Origin: Antedon mediterranea
Taxonomy: Eukaryota > Animalia > Echinodermata
Assembly (NCBI RefSeq): GCF_964355755.1
Contig: NC_092674.1
Coordinates: 11,532,001 to 11,596,000, forward strand
DNA length: 64,000 nucleotides
Reading direction: 5' to 3'
This document shows positions 48,893-64,000 of this stretch, in pieces. The position numbers and the translations under genes are program-made. The notes under the pieces were generated by a model that was not told where the DNA came from, ran no database searches, and was given only the letters and a program-made list of their open reading frames with translations. How positions within the stretch are numbered: the stretch's first letter is position 1; every line of letters starts with the position of its first letter.

Positions 48893-51800
48893 TGTAGGTA
48901 ATACCACAATTATTCCCGGAAATATAATAATTCAATCTCTTTATTAAATAATTCACTAAATAAATACATCCATCATTTAATCTACATGGTAGATGGATGA
49001 AGCTATTGTATTAACCACGTTTTTCCTTTATATTTATAATAATGTAGACACCAATTTGTTCTTGAGCTATGGAGAATTATTTTTTTTCCGAAATAAAAGA
49101 AGAATGAATGAATATCAATGTTCAATTTTTTTAAACCTACACCTAAGAACAATACTCGCAAATTGCGGGATCGGTCGTTAGTAGGGAATAGTGGAATTAC
49201 AATTTTAAATTGTACTTTAAATGATATAAGAAACCGACATTTTTTTGTGGTGGTATAATTTTGTTAAATTAAAACTATTTTCTGTTTATAATGCCTATCT
49301 AATGTAGGTCTGCATGTTTAACAGGTCTGTCTTTATTATTTCTGTTATTTTTCCTATGTTTAATGATTTTGAATATCAATAGGCCTACTACTCTACAATT
49401 AGAATTGGTAACCTTTGTACATGATATCTGTACTTTCAAACAAGTGTTGAAACTCTCCTTTTTTAATGCCCAATTCTCTAAATGCTCGCCATTTATTCTG
49501 CCATTTGTAGTGTTCTTTCCCTAGTATTAATTAAACATGGTCGACCATATATGCTTATGATTAATATATAACCTAATTACCGGCCTAAACTTAAAACCTA
49601 AACCTGTTCAATTTGAAATAGGCCTATTACTACTTATCTTTGTTAGGCTTACTGATATAGAGGATCCATGCTTAGAACTACATTGTATAAATCACATTAA
49701 GCTAATGTATCTTTGCCTTCTTGATTAATATTTTATATTCATCGTTGTATAGTATAGGAATAGTATTTTGACCTTACATTTGAGAAATTTAAATTCTAAA
49801 CAAGAGATTAAAGAATAAATCCTGTCATTTTAGGTCTAAGAAATGCAATTAGCTATGAAAGCAACCGAGTTTTAAGGAACATTAGGTTCTCTTGTCCTAT
49901 GAAATTGAAAGAAAAACATACATATGGTATCTTAAAGACTATGAAATTGAGAATATAATGTAATTCCCGTTGACCTTGACATTACTACAATATTTGATGG
50001 TGTCGTATGAAATCTCAGCCAGGCCATGTCCGAATTTGGCTATGAAAACAATATTCTCAGCGTATATGATTAATATGATATGAATCAAAAACAAAAACAT
50101 GCTGGCAAATTACGACTACGCCTGAGGAGTATAACGTAAAAAGCCCCGACTTCCCGTAGAGTGAGGTAAAATCAACAAAGACGCAATTATCCATTCCATG
50201 TAAGATGGCTGAATCAGCCTCCCTTTGGACGGAAGTAATTTTAGTTGTGAGGGTTAGAGGGCGCTGTTTAGATGACCCCCCACCGATCAAACATTTTCGT
50301 ACCAATCCAACTGCGCCAATTTGTGAACAGGCTAAAGGTTAAGAGTTTGCTCTACCGGTGGCATATGTGGCTAGTTATGAATTTATAATAGGAGTTAATA
50401 AGGCCTGGCCTTCTTTACCATTGAAATGTACATTAATTGAAGCTTGGCGCCATTACGATTAGCAATCAAACATCATGTCTAAAATATGACAAGCAAAAAC
50501 ACAGCTTGAAACCAGATGGACTAAACAATAATTTTTAATATGCCGTCGTGATATCCTTACAAATGATTGACCCAAGTATATTAATTTTCACAAACGAATG
50601 CACGTGAAATAATGAGAGGGTAGGGGGTGGATCCATAGGCTTACTGTTACTAGTCAGTTTACAAACTGGTAATATATGTATATTTAAATAAATGAAAAAT
50701 CAAGATTCATGCTAATATAAATACAAAGTTACTGAAAAAAATGACAATGTTCAAATCAAAGAGATAAAGTAAATCAGCCATAAAAGAAAGTACTAATAGG
50801 CCTATGTATAATTATACTTTTTTACTTCAGTATGTAGAAAATAGAAGTCCAGCTCAACATTAAGAGAACGTAAGAATTTTTTTTTGAGCTTTCGAATTAA
50901 ACTTTGATAATCGAGCATATCGTCGACTTTTACTGTACTACCTTTGGTTTATGAAACTCCATATGGATTGATATATCCAAAGTTTAACTTAAATTTATAT
51001 TTATACTATTAATAGTTTAACAACTAAAACTGTGAAGACAAATGGGTGAAACAGATTCTACAATTAAACAACAATTAATTATCACTGATGATAGTACAGT
51101 AATACTGTTATGTAGAGTGTAGTGGCACAAACCAATCGGTAGTGTATTTTAATAATATTAAACCAAAGCAAATACTAGAAGTACACAACGCACTTTAATA
51201 ACAAAAAAGGCCTAAAGGAGAAAGAGCAGGCAGGAATAAAAACATAAAAAACCAATTTTAATAATATATATTGATAGGTAATGTTTGTTGAAAGTAGGAG
51301 TCATTCTCCTGTACATTTGTTTCCTTTTAATCGATAACTATTGGTATACGAATTAACAAATTGTTTTTTTTGTTACTTTCATCTAATACTACAAAAACTC
51401 TTCCCCAACATTTCTTTTTTCTCATCCCATTTTTAGTTTACTCTATATTGTATATGAAAGAAATAGGCCTAGATGCATGATTATATCAATATGTTTAGAG
51501 TAACACATTTGTGCGAGGAAATGTAAACTTTTTTCTAAACTGATTGTAACTCATTCCATCTAAATCTTTTAGTTAGAATAAACTAAGTGCATCGATCGTA
51601 AGTCTGTATTATTATAATTTCATAGAATACTTCAAAATAAATAGTCAGCCACAACCGTACAATTAACATGCATCCAATATAACTGTAGCATTTGCTTTCT
51701 GCTAACAAATTAATAACATTTTCTTACAATTGAAGTTTGTAGGCATATTCTTCTGTTAATAATACAATAAAAAAGATGTTGGCCAACACTGGTATACATA

Positions 51801-54800
51801 AGGAAAATATCTCAAAAGATACACCAAATTATGAATGTAAGCTACTGTTTTGAATCTAGTTCCTAAAAATTGCAAGAAGAACTGATATAGGCCTATCAAG
51901 ACTGGCTATGAATTTCCCACGGCGTAACTGACCCGACATACGCAACTCTGACCTTGGTGGCGGTATCCTGTTCGACCGTGTCTACCTTAATTAGTGATAG
52001 GAAACAACAATTGTATTTTCTTTATAAATTGGAATTCGTCGCTGTACTGCCACTCAGATGAAGCGATATAAACACCATTTTAGAAATAATTATGTAAACA
52101 AAGTAAATTATGGTTATTTTTAAACTTAGAAACTCATTGATAGATTATCGATTCTGTTTCGTTCTCTTGCTGCTATGGTTATCAACTAAAATCACACGTA
52201 TTCGACAAATATACCAGTGTAGTAGTGACGATGGTTATTGTTACAAGACAAATTAGAATGTTAAAATCTGATATTTAAAAAATAATTTAAATTTTCAGTT
52301 TTCCATGATTATTTTCCTTTAGGCCTATCTTTTTTTCATCTTACTTAACTACATTTAATGTATCCAATAAACTCCACAACATTCGGAGAAACAAGTAAAA
52401 GTGATCAAGCACTATTTTTAATTGATTATCTGATTTAATTCATAATGTTTTATTTTCATTTAATTTACTGAAGAATGTATTGTTTTTATATTCACTTACT
52501 TCTGGCCTCTTGCAATTTGTATCCACTTGGAATAAACTTTTGTAATTTAAATGTATTCAATTTTTTTCTTGTTAATAATTCACTTTACGATAATTCAAAG
52601 TTAAAAAATAATGAGAAAGAAGAAAGAATAATTAGAAAAACAATATAAATGCATAAGAAAAAATATACTTAATTCTATAGTTAATATACTTAGGCCTAAT
52701 TCTATTAAAAATAGTTAATAAAATGTTATAAAGACATATTTAAAATATTGAAAAGAAAAGGTAAAAACAACAAATACCCACATTATAAAATGTTGATATA
52801 TTAAGCATTTTGTAACTTTTATCATTTAGTAACCTGATTGATTAGAGAACAACATATTTATTAAATCTCTCAAATTTCACTCTTCCCTTGTCTTATTATT
52901 ACATTTATGAAACATATCATTGATTAAGATCGAATTAAAAAAAGTGTAAATGTTTTTGTCGAATATGACATTTGAAGTCACATAATAGTTATTCACTTTG
53001 ACAAAAAAATGGATTAAAAACAAACATTTACCTGAAATACGGTAATTTAAAGCCAAAAAATAGTAAAATTGACTGGAAATAAATGGATTTCTTGATGAAT
53101 TTACCATTTAATTCTTTCAATTCAAGAAAGATTTTTCCTACGGAAGTGATTATCTTTATTAAAACTGCGGAATGGCATATCAAAGTCTTAAATTTTCATT
53201 TTCATGTTGTTGTCTTTAAACCACTATAGATAAAATAATTAGAATTGTAGAAATAGCAAAGTAGCATATTTTCTTGAAGGTCAAGTTCAACATTTAAGTA
53301 AATCAATTTGTAAAGTAAAAATGTATTTTGACAAATCAAATTGCTTAGGTGCGCGTAGTTGCATAGTTGCTTCCTTGAACTACAAAAGGCAATAAGAGTG
53401 CCCGCTGTCAGTATACGTAATTTTAATGTTATGCAATCAAAAACCCAAACACAAACTTGAACCCAACACGACAATATCGCACGCTATCTATATTAAACGC
53501 CAATTGCATTCTTCGGTGGATAGTAAACGTCCCGTTATCGTATGGGTCGGTTGTCGATTCAGCAGCCTCTATAGGCCTAATCGTTAATCATGGATGAAGA
53601 GTAAAAGAATGGAGAATTCTCCATTACATAGGTAATCATGATTATTAGATATAAAAATAGGTAAATAACTTATATCAATAATCAAGAACTATTTATCTGA
53701 TCCAAAACAAACAAAATTATCATTTTTAAAGAATGTGAAAGGATCAGGGAAACTTCCATTGAGGTTAAACAATGGCCGAAAACATGAAAGACATCTTGTA
53801 ACAGCAGTCTTTATAATATTATTTATAATAACATTATAAGAATAAAAAAAATCTTATTCAACAAATAAATATTTTTCATTAAATATTATTGATTGATTAT
53901 TGATTAGAAAAGCATGTTACAGTCTGTGTAAAGTGTTATTGTTTGATTTATTTACATTTTATCCAAAAATAATTTTGTAAAAAAAGTTATGAAATATTAA
54001 GATTACCGATCTTTAATGTCATTACTTTATCTATTTAACATCCTACGGTTATGGAAAACATGACTGAAAGAAGGTGTTCTCCTATGGATAATGCATTTGA
54101 TATTTAACAATAATTGTTTCTCAATTTTGACATTAAGATAAAAGTGATAAACGAAGAGGCATGACAGAAACTGTATTTTAAGGATGTACTGAGATTATGC
54201 ATGTGTGACTCAAAGTTTTTGCTAATGATCACCTCTGAATTTGACCCTCTTTCTAACGTATTTCGGCTAAGCTATTCCTACTGAGAAGTAAGCACCACAT
54301 AAGGGGAAGGGCAATCTTAACAAATTTCTACCAGCGGCGGACTCATTATATTGAACATCAAGGTCCACACGCTATCATGTGAGACTTTCTACTTTTTATG
54401 CACCAGACGACAGCGTCAGTTCTCGAACAGGTGGCTTAGGGATATTGGCGCCAAAGATAGACCAAGATAAATTTCAATCAAATAGATATCACTCGATTTT
54501 AATTTGGAATCATAATTATTTGAAATTAGCGTTGGCGCAACACAGACGGGTTGGTTCAGCATATGCTTTAAACCTTCATGTGTCAGGCGAAAACAAACCA
54601 CAACTTACATCAATGATTACTAAAGTCCAGAAACATTACTTATTATATATTTATGTCATAACATTAACACGTAAATACGTGAAATATACAAGAAATGACA
54701 TTTTAATAACATAAATATGAATGTGTCTATACGATCTATGCATATATCTTAAAGATGAGTTCGTCTGATATAATTTGGACTAAATTCTTTAATGAGATAA

Positions 54801-57800
54801 CCATTTTGTATACATTATTTACTAATGTGGTTTACGGTACCGAAATGTGTATACAAAGTTATGTGTGTTAAGCTCTGTCTACACTATCAAACTAGTTTGA
54901 CAAAAAAGTGTGGAGTACCCAAATATGGTAGTGAAATGCCCAAATATTGTAGTGATACCGTATGACATCAAAAGAGAAAACCGGTAAATATATAAATATA
55001 TAGAATACAATAATTTAAAATTATAATACAATACTACACAGGATCCCAACGGAAATAAACCTAGGTAATTGGTTTTTTTGACTATCCTGGTCAAAATCAA
55101 CTTAACTGTTTTATTCTTAATGTTCATAACTTTATTCTGCTGCTTACTTTTTAACTATTCTATTGTCTTTTTAATAACTTGTATTTTTCATGACTTTTTA
55201 ACTATGGTACTCAGTGGTATTCCGTTTTAATGCTTTTTTTGCCTTTTTAAACCTTTTTAAAGCCATTTTTTTTAATCATCATTTTAGACATTTGCATTGT
55301 TTTAGATTGGTTATAACATTTTTTTTTTCTTTTTAATTGTCAGTCTCAAGTTTTAACTTTCTGTATATTGTAACATTGTTATGTAATCATGTATTGTATG
55401 TTGATTTTGACCGAATAAATGAATGAATGAATCATTATCCATATAAGGGCACATTACATTCTTTGATAATGTGACACTTTGTGTAAAAGTTTAGTATTAG
55501 ACAGAAAACAACAATATTTACACGTTTAATATAATATGAAGACATATGATCAAGATACAAGAAATTGTATTGGTCCATTTAAAATTGAAATTCACTCTGC
55601 TTGGCATAGGTAAGAATTTCTGTTTGGTTCAAAACTACACAATCATATAATTTTAAAAATTGTTACATTTTTTCTAGTACGTCAAATCACCCATTGTGAA
55701 CATATTACTTATATTGTGAATCATTTTGAACTTTGCTCACTGTACTGATTAAAGAGCAAAACACATATGACGATCGCAGTGGGCTAAACAAGAGCCAGCG
55801 ATTCTTCCTGTTTTTACTGTAATGTTTCTTGACGGTAGGCTCTGCACGATTTTGATAACTTAACGTTTCGTGTTAGAAACTCGAGGCTAGGAATCTTTGA
55901 TCTCTTACTGAGTAGACATCTTCATGGTATGTGTGGTCAAGATATCTGCTAATTTTTTTAACAGGGTTAACTGAAATTGGGTCGAGGCAATAAGTATTAT
56001 CGCCAAGAAAACAACTGTTGTTTTAATACAAAAAACCTATATTAGTAAAAGACAAGCATGATTTGATTAGCATTATAGGCCTATTATTAAAACATTATAC
56101 AAAATTGCGTTTATTGTTGTTATTCTGAAACCTTATCATTCAACAGCAAAACAAAACACTATAGAAAAATATGATTTCGTTTTAAAAAACTATACTAAAA
56201 TTGCGTTTAATTTTAGAAAATCAACTATGCCACATTCTTTTGAACCACAAATTTAGGTGTGCGTCTATTAATTTCTATGTCTCTGTGGTTCAATTAAATT
56301 AGGTAGGTGTTTATTGCCCTTTTCTTCCAGTACGTCGACTAAATTAAGCTATTTAATTTAGTAGCCTACTATTATTTTTTTAAAGCAGGGAAACTCTTTC
56401 CTGGTACAAGATACAAAGAACGATGTATCAGATTGCCAATAATAATGCTTTGTTCTTTCTGTGGAGTTTTAGAATATACACGATGGAAGAACATGCATTG
56501 TAACAATTTGCCTTGACTTTGTTTTCAATGCGAAACATTTATCCATTATTAATATTTATCGTAGTTTATTTTGGTATTCAGTTTTACTGACGTATCATAA
56601 CATTAACATGCAATCAGAATATAAGCCGCTAGCTTTGACGTGTTACCTGAGCCCTAAGTTTTCAAACTAAGCGGCAGGACTTCAATAAAAACTCGGTTGC
56701 ATGCCGCCGATAGAGCATCACCTCACAGTGATAGCTTATGTAACCTCATCTCATCTAGGCCTAACATCCATGCACATCCCGACAGCTGTTTCGTGTAAAG
56801 GTTTACAGGTAATTTCGTGAACGAGGCTGAGGTGTATTGCGTGACCCTGCTGTGACCTGCCAATCACAAGAGACGACTCTTTGCTATCAATATTTGACAA
56901 CTTTGGCAGCCAATTTTGTTTGTTCGAACGAGATATCAGTTTCTGAAAAGTTTATTTGCATACCAGTAATAGCCAGGCTCGTTCACTACGATTAAAAAGT
57001 TCTGGGCTCCCGTAGTGCAGAAAATAAACAAAAAGCCAATTAAATCAGGTATCAACAAGTGAAAATAAAACCTCTTATAGCAATAAACCGTAACGAAACC
57101 CTTATAATCAAATTCGTTTGAGTCCTTGTATTAACATACCATGATATTTTGAGTAATAACATCGTAATGTGGGGCTTCTAAATATTTCAGTCGAATTTCG
57201 AATTATCGGGAATCCAATTGCATACAAAATCTACCATAAAAATATACTTAGTTTCTGATCAATATACAAAGTGTTGCTTACTTGTCTCTCTGGTTTAAAA
57301 CCGGCAACCAACAATAACATACCCCTGTATTGTCACCTCCGTGAAATAATATTTTAAAAAACACATGCAAATTGTATTCCTGAGCTTCAAAATATAGTAT
57401 ATCTTTCTATTTGTAAATATTAATGGTAACATCAATTCCATTATGTCACTGTATTCACTGAATTGTATATATCATTATTGTTTTCTGATAATATGATAGG
57501 AAAATCCATATGGTTAAAAGAAATATTTATATTTTTAAATAAAGCATTTAGAAAAACGTTAAAATTTAAAATAATCATGTATTAGACCTGCAATGTTGAA
57601 TAATACAATAATGTTACTTATTTAACATTATACATAAATGTTTTCCAATATTAAACCAAAGTTGGTCATTCAATTACCAACTTTTGGTTTAACCAAGGAA
57701 GCGTGAAATTGTAGTGTTATTTCACTCTTCCGTGGTTTAACACAGGAATTAATGTCGAATAGTAATTACTACTGTATTTCCTGAGCTAGTCAAAAATCAA

Positions 57801-60800
57801 ACAAAATAGTTTTGTAGTAAAAGACATTATCGTATGACGACTCGACATTTGCCAATTATCATTAATGTAATGTTTGACACACGACAAACATCACCAACAC
57901 TCTTCGGTAGGCATGGAGTTTAAAAAACCCATTATGTCTACTTTCACTGTGAATCGCGCTGTGCATTTGAAGCCCCCAACGGCTTGATGGAATAATGATG
58001 CACTGGACAGACAATAATTGGACCACATTATTAGTAAATTACTTAGTTGAGTCTTGAAATTTTTCAATTAAGAGAAAAACTATGACATCTTATGTTCTCT
58101 AAAGAGTTAAAAACACAGCTGATACATTTTAACGTAATGTTGATCAATACGTTTATGTCAGATAAGTGGAAATGTTGACATGTATTTAAATCCGTTAAAA
58201 GTAAATTGTAAATTGATTAATAGCCTGGATTAATATTAAGCAAAGTTTTCTTTTAGATTAAGGTTTCATAAATGGATCTAACATCTAGTTAAGACTAGCA
58301 AGGATTAAACATAGAATCAACATGTGATAGAATTGAAAAATTACCTAAGTGACATTGTCAATTCTGTTGATGTTCCAAGCAAAGTTTTCGCCTGAATAAA
58401 TACATGAGATCTCTTACAGCTTGAGGTGTTTATCACCTTCCTTAGGCTTCCAATTTCTTCACCAAGTATCAACTCTACTATCAATCTTCATTCCAGCTAT
58501 ACGATACCAATATTCATCTGGTCGATTTACCTACAAATTCTTTAAAAAACCCATTGCTTTTATCACTCGTAAAGAAAATATTCAATTCAGGGTTAGCCTA
58601 CACTACGTAACTGATCTGACTATCGGTAATAATAAACACTTAGCCAAGAGTATTTTGGCATTTTAATTGACCGTACACACATGTTTTTGATGATAATGTT
58701 ATAGAAACTTTACCCATTCTGCCTACTGGTAATGTTATTTAGAAGTTATTCCGAATGTCTAGAATTCCTAAGAGTAATATGCTTTGAGAACATCGGCCTA
58801 TATAGTTGAGTTCGATCAATTCTAGACCTGTTTTTGGGTGATATTTTTGTTTCTAATTATAATGCTTATAAATATAATATTTAATCTGTCACGAAATGAA
58901 AAGTACATTTGAAAAGAGGTATATGAACACCAGGGTAGTTATATACAGCGAGTCACATCCGATAATTATTTTTCGAATTGTTTTACATGTATTTTTAAAA
59001 TTTATGTCAAAGTAGGGCAAATTAACTTAGTTTTCTGACGCAAAGCTACTCCGAAGTAAGTTATTACATTAGCAAAACAATATTTAGTTGGTTTTAATAA
59101 CTTATATAGGGTATTAGCTTGGCGTACGGCTATATTGTTGCATGAGTCGACTCATGAGTAATTTCCATGTTCGAATCAAGCGACATGAGCCTGTACATCT
59201 GGTAGTAAAAACATAATGGTACATTCAACTAATTTTGTCACTAATTGCGTTATTCTAACCCGACATATAAAATGTACCTTACATTAACCAATCTATTTAC
59301 GTTCTTAACCATTTAATGGAATTATGTTTTCACAATATTTACATAGCTTTGGATACAGCAACATAACTTGATATTAAATGTCAACCACAGAGGACGCTGT
59401 CTAGACAAAATTTGACATTTTCAGAAAAATGTTAATTAGAATAAATGGTTTTCTACCATTTTAAATTATATTAAAATAAAATATGTTGATATCTAATCTT
59501 ACAATCACATCTTGTAATGATTTTTAAAATGGATGTAAAGCATCTGTTTTGTACTTTAACCGTATTACGCCTACATGAGCGTCCAATTGTTAGTTATCTG
59601 TCTACATGTATGCAAATGTATTCTTACCTGATCCATCTTTCGTGCATATACTATTTCATCCATGAGCCGTAGTACTGTACTGTTTCTCAAATACATATTC
59701 AGTTGTACTCAACAAACTGGCTCCTGTCAAGAACAACAATAGTTAAGTCTATTGTATTGTATTATAAAGAACAGTATTCATTATCTGTTGAATTGTCACC
59801 GCCGTCTGGTGACTTCTTTTTTTTTATTTTTGCACAGCTTTTGTTATACTTTTTCATACAGTTTATATTTTTAAACTTTAGGTTAAACCAACTTTATTAG
59901 AAACTGTCTTCATCTTTTTTATGTCCCTTTCTTTTTATCGATGATTGGTTTTTAAAAATCTAATGAAAATGTTTTATGAACATTAAACATTATTTGGATA
60001 GATTAGTGTTTGTTGGAATATTTTAATATATAACAGCCCCTTGTTAAATTGCAACGTTGTGACTATATAAATAGATAGGCAACGGTACTAATATTATGAA
60101 TATAAATGTGTTACTAGTCATCTAATTTAAACATGAGCATGTTCATTAAGATGTTTAATAGGAAATTCTTTTCAACAAACGTGTGTTGTCTAGTATTGGT
60201 TCTCAGAACTTGTTATCTGATTTCAACTTCATACAAAGATATTTGAGTTATGCAGGTGACGTCATTGAGTTACTATTCGATGACTAAATGAAAATATGCC
60301 TATCGTGTTTCATGATAGTATTTATGAATAATGCTCAGTCATTTTTGTTTCATTTTTATATTCACATTTTAAAATAATGGTTAACTGTCTTAAATGTATC
60401 ATTATGTATAGTGTATTATAGCATGTTGCCGCGCTGAAATACTACTGTTTAGGCCGCCCTCGTAATTTGGCGCTTGGGCGGTTACTCACCATGCGCACAC
60501 CGGACGCCATAGCCGGAAGGCGCGAACTAGTGCACCATGGCGGGCTATGTTTGCGTAGAGGCTGGTTATGTATACTCTTTTGCGATCTTCACTGTCAGAA
60601 CAGTCTAAATTTTATAAGAACGTATTGGATCATTCTGTGAGGTTAATCCGTGGTCCCTTATGATATAACTGAATGTAACAATTTACTATAGTAATTGAGA
60701 ACCACTGTCGTGTCGATTGTTTTTCTTATGTTTCAAGTAAAGTAATTGTTTAAAGATTAAGAGAATATTGATGAGACAATTTATAATCATTTACATATCA

Positions 60801-61721
60801 GCATGTTTGCATTTTTCATTGTATATAAATATCTAAATTTGCAATACTTGCGGTAAGCTTAACTGTTTCTGATAGATATATTTTCAAATTAAAGTTAAAT
60901 TAAAATAACATACACTTGATTTTTTAAACTCATAACTGAAAAAAAAAAAAAAAAACAGAAGAGAATCTGGATACCGTGTCATTAGTCAAAGGTATAAAGA
61001 GTATCACAACTTTTGAAGAACGTACATCTAACTAGAACATTCATTTAATTTCCATAGCCCGAAGATACATTTCCAATCAACTTATAATGAACATGTCAAG
61101 AAAGTATGAAACTGTAAATGAAAGTAATGTAATAGCACAAAGTTCAAATTGCTTTTTTGCTCAATCTTTCGGTATAGGGAATATAAAGAAGAAGATAACG
61201 GCGTATCGTGTGAACAAACCAAAAGGTCATCAGAACAGGTCATCCAGTTTCCGTCCAATCAAAATTCCAAACTGTCTTTTTCATGGTATAAGATGAATTC
61301 TTGTTTGCAAAAATATTAATTTTCATAATAAGGTAAGGTTTATCCATTTCACGTAAAAGATACATTTGGTAGATAACATAGCATTCTCCTAATGTATTTA
61401 CATTTACCAATTTAACTCTTCCCTGCATTTACTAATGTATACTAAGTTTTATCATGAAGGTATAAATGGTTTTATCAAGAACAAATCACGAAGGTTAAAG
61501 AAACCCCGTTGCCAATTAAAGCTATTTACACAGTACACAATATTGCTTTGAACAACGTATACCTTATCTACTTTGCAGAAAGTACAGTCACTCATACATA
61601 GCATACAAATATAGCATATAAGGCATATTAATTTCCACTGGATAAATAACGCTAACATGCCTTGGTAATGGTCTGTGTCCCAGTTGGGAAGTTTTGTGGT
61701 TGACATTACCCAGAGTCGGTC

Positions 61722-61796
61722 GTCACAAAACATCTTCGTGGGCGGCGATTGGCACTTCTTGAAACTCTACACGGTTACTTTCTTCCAAAGATCTTG
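61722..61796 (-). other. Possible terminal coding exon of an unidentified minus-strand gene
   Basis: Acceptor TTTTACAG, then a phase-1 frame RSLEESNRVEFQEVPIAAHEDVL-stop. No upstream exon or homology was recognised. Confidence 0.2.
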
Positions 61797-64000
61797 CTGT
61801 AAAATATTAAATCCAGATTATTCTTTATGAAATTGATACGAACAATTCAGTAAAACTCAGAAGTGTTAATCAGTACCTGTTTCTTGAATTATATTTTATA
61901 TGACGTTGTTTTAGTTTCTAGGAAAGATTGGTAAGTCAAGACGCGATGAATTATAAATACCGAAATACGATACTAAATCATTATTTGTGGGTATTTCTTT
62001 GGTGTTTTAAATTATATTTTAATGAAAATTTTACGACTTTCGTCAATCTGTATTTTTTTTGCTAGTAAAATATAATATAGGCCTACCATTTTCATGCTTT
62101 CGGTAACAAAAATAGTTTGTAAAAGATCATTGCGGTAAAAAAGGGGAAAAAATGAAAATGTGATAAAAAGATTCTCAATATGTGTCCAGCCTCTTTATTT
62201 GGAGTTACATTATTATTTCATTTATTATATTTGAATGTATAAATTTCATAATTTGCATAATATACTTTTTTTCCCCAAATGTTTGCACACAACATTGTTA
62301 TTTAACGTTCTCAGTGGAGGGTTTTATATTCTTCTTTATATTTAAACTTTTGGAATGGTTGCCAAGATGTAATATGTTGAAGGTGAATGAAAATAATAAA
62401 CACACAATTGTGTTATTACTAAATATGACTATGTTTGACTGGGTTTATTATTTTTTTTTCAGATAAGCTGGTTTTATCGCCTCTTTTTCTTTCGCCGGCC
62501 GTAGTATTTGTTTAACCAGAGGAATGAGTTATTTCAGTTTCATTTCTTTAAAAAAAATATTTAGAGAAATTGCCAAATAATTTATAATCAAATGCAATCA
62601 TTCGTAAATGTGGTAATCTTGTTCCCAGACAAACATATATAGGCCTACAAGATGCTCTACAAACAAAGTCTTAAATAAAAATCTTATTCTGTCATACGAT
62701 GGTCTGAATTGATTTGAGTCCAGGACGCCGAAGCCGAATATCTTAACCAACAAGGTATAATTCCATTTTGATGGTGTGTTCAATCAAACTAAAACTTCTC
62801 AATATCTAGTCTTATTATTATAAGAAGATTGTTTCAGGAAGGTCATCTTTGCCATAGAGAATTGTGATATAAGATAACACAATTTGCTACAAACATTCTC
62901 ACTTTAAAGTAATTATGTTCCACCTGTGTTCTTTACGCACCAGCATAGGTGGCACCGGGCCACAGTCTATTATACATATCTGGTCTTAGGATACTTCTAT
63001 TGATATGGAAAATGATTTTTTCTTTTGTGACACTGAAGGACAGGTGATAACATATGCCCGAATGTCACGCGGAGAAGACTCTAAGGTTAAGATAGAGTAT
63101 TCAATTGACTTTCTGGATTAGATACTGGCTGTCAAACAGTGAATATAATGGTTAGTATTTATTGCTCTGTTGGAACCCGTACTTCTATCGGTAGAAAACG
63201 TCGTCAGACCACAAATGCAGTGCTAATTACTATTGCTATCTTCGTGGTATAAACATTTCACTGCACAGTTACTTAATCTACGTGACATATTATAAAAATA
63301 CAGATGGATAAGCCCATGAAACCAATTGTCATGTATCACATGTTTTTAAATGGAATTACTTAACAAATTAGTATATCACAACATTAATACTATTACTATA
63401 TATTTACTAGGCATACTAAGACCTTTACTACTAATATGTGTATAGGCATATGTAGTTTTACAAAGGTATAACATACGTTTATGCCTAGAAAAGATACATA
63501 TAACATGTATTCAACAATATGTAGGCTATAGGCAGATCTTATAAAGTTATTACATACTGATCGTTTATTCATTAATTTATGTGATCATAAGGTTTTAAAA
63601 AATTCAATATCAGTTTCTATGAAAGTTTTCGATAAATATTTTATCACAAATTTCCAGATTATGGACGAATAGATCTTGAATCTTAAAGTTATCATATTTG
63701 TAATAATAATTGTTAGTTTAGAAATGTTTTTATTCAGTATTATTTTGTCAATAACAATCTGCTGGATTAGGCCTAATACAAAAACTATTTTGTTCTTTGA
63801 ACTAACTTTCCTGATTGAAAATATTATTATATTTACATTAGATCACATCATTACTATATTTTCTTACATTACTTTATTAACAAATTTATTCTAATATTGT
63901 AGGAGTTATTATGAATTGATTATTATTATTGATCACTAAAAGAGAATGTCTATTAAGAAAGCTGTGTTTTTGGTCTGTATAATACAGTATTAGGAAAAAA

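Noticed and set aside
60440-60570. GC-rich patch with MASGVRM|GTGAGT (cofilin-like start) on the minus strand
   Set aside because: No downstream cofilin-like exons were found. It equally resembles a decayed GC-rich MITE end.
62990-63121. Plus-strand exon-like frame DTSIDMENDFFFCDTEG...
   Set aside because: No recognisable homology or partner exons.
49000-64000. Numerous 60-110-aa ORFs in the ORF track
   Set aside because: Low-complexity I/F/L/K/Y-rich translations expected by chance in AT-rich DNA, many with non-ATG starts.

Overview
This is AT-rich, intron-containing animal genomic DNA, probably from a marine invertebrate or deuterostome, and not prokaryotic. Reading splice sites by hand gives a complete 18-coding-exon, ~544-aa ACSF2-like acyl-CoA synthetase (ANL adenylating enzyme) on the minus strand (24475->9735). 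The first three coding exons of a close tandem paralog follow at 1177->182 and run off the window. The full copy has a GT->TT splice-donor lesion inside its AMP-binding P-loop and a duplicated donor. Two oppositely oriented tandem clusters of intron-containing tRNA-Ile(TAT) genes (3 minus, 4 plus) belong to an inverted segmental duplication. The plus cluster is invaded by Helentron-associated elements carrying tRNA-Val pseudogenes. Other mobile elements: two non-autonomous Helitrons, a ~4-kb fold-back Academ-like DNA transposon, an RTE-X/CR1-like LINE, Penelope-like remnants with hammerhead-like motifs, a solo LTR, several MITEs, a Deu/Nin-type SINE and a 5S-derived sequence. Paralog comparisons show many TA-duplicating micro-insertions (TAGGCCTA, TACAGTA, TACCGTA) that look like transposon excision footprints. 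The region 49-64 kb is essentially non-coding. All alignments were done by eye; no database searches were run.
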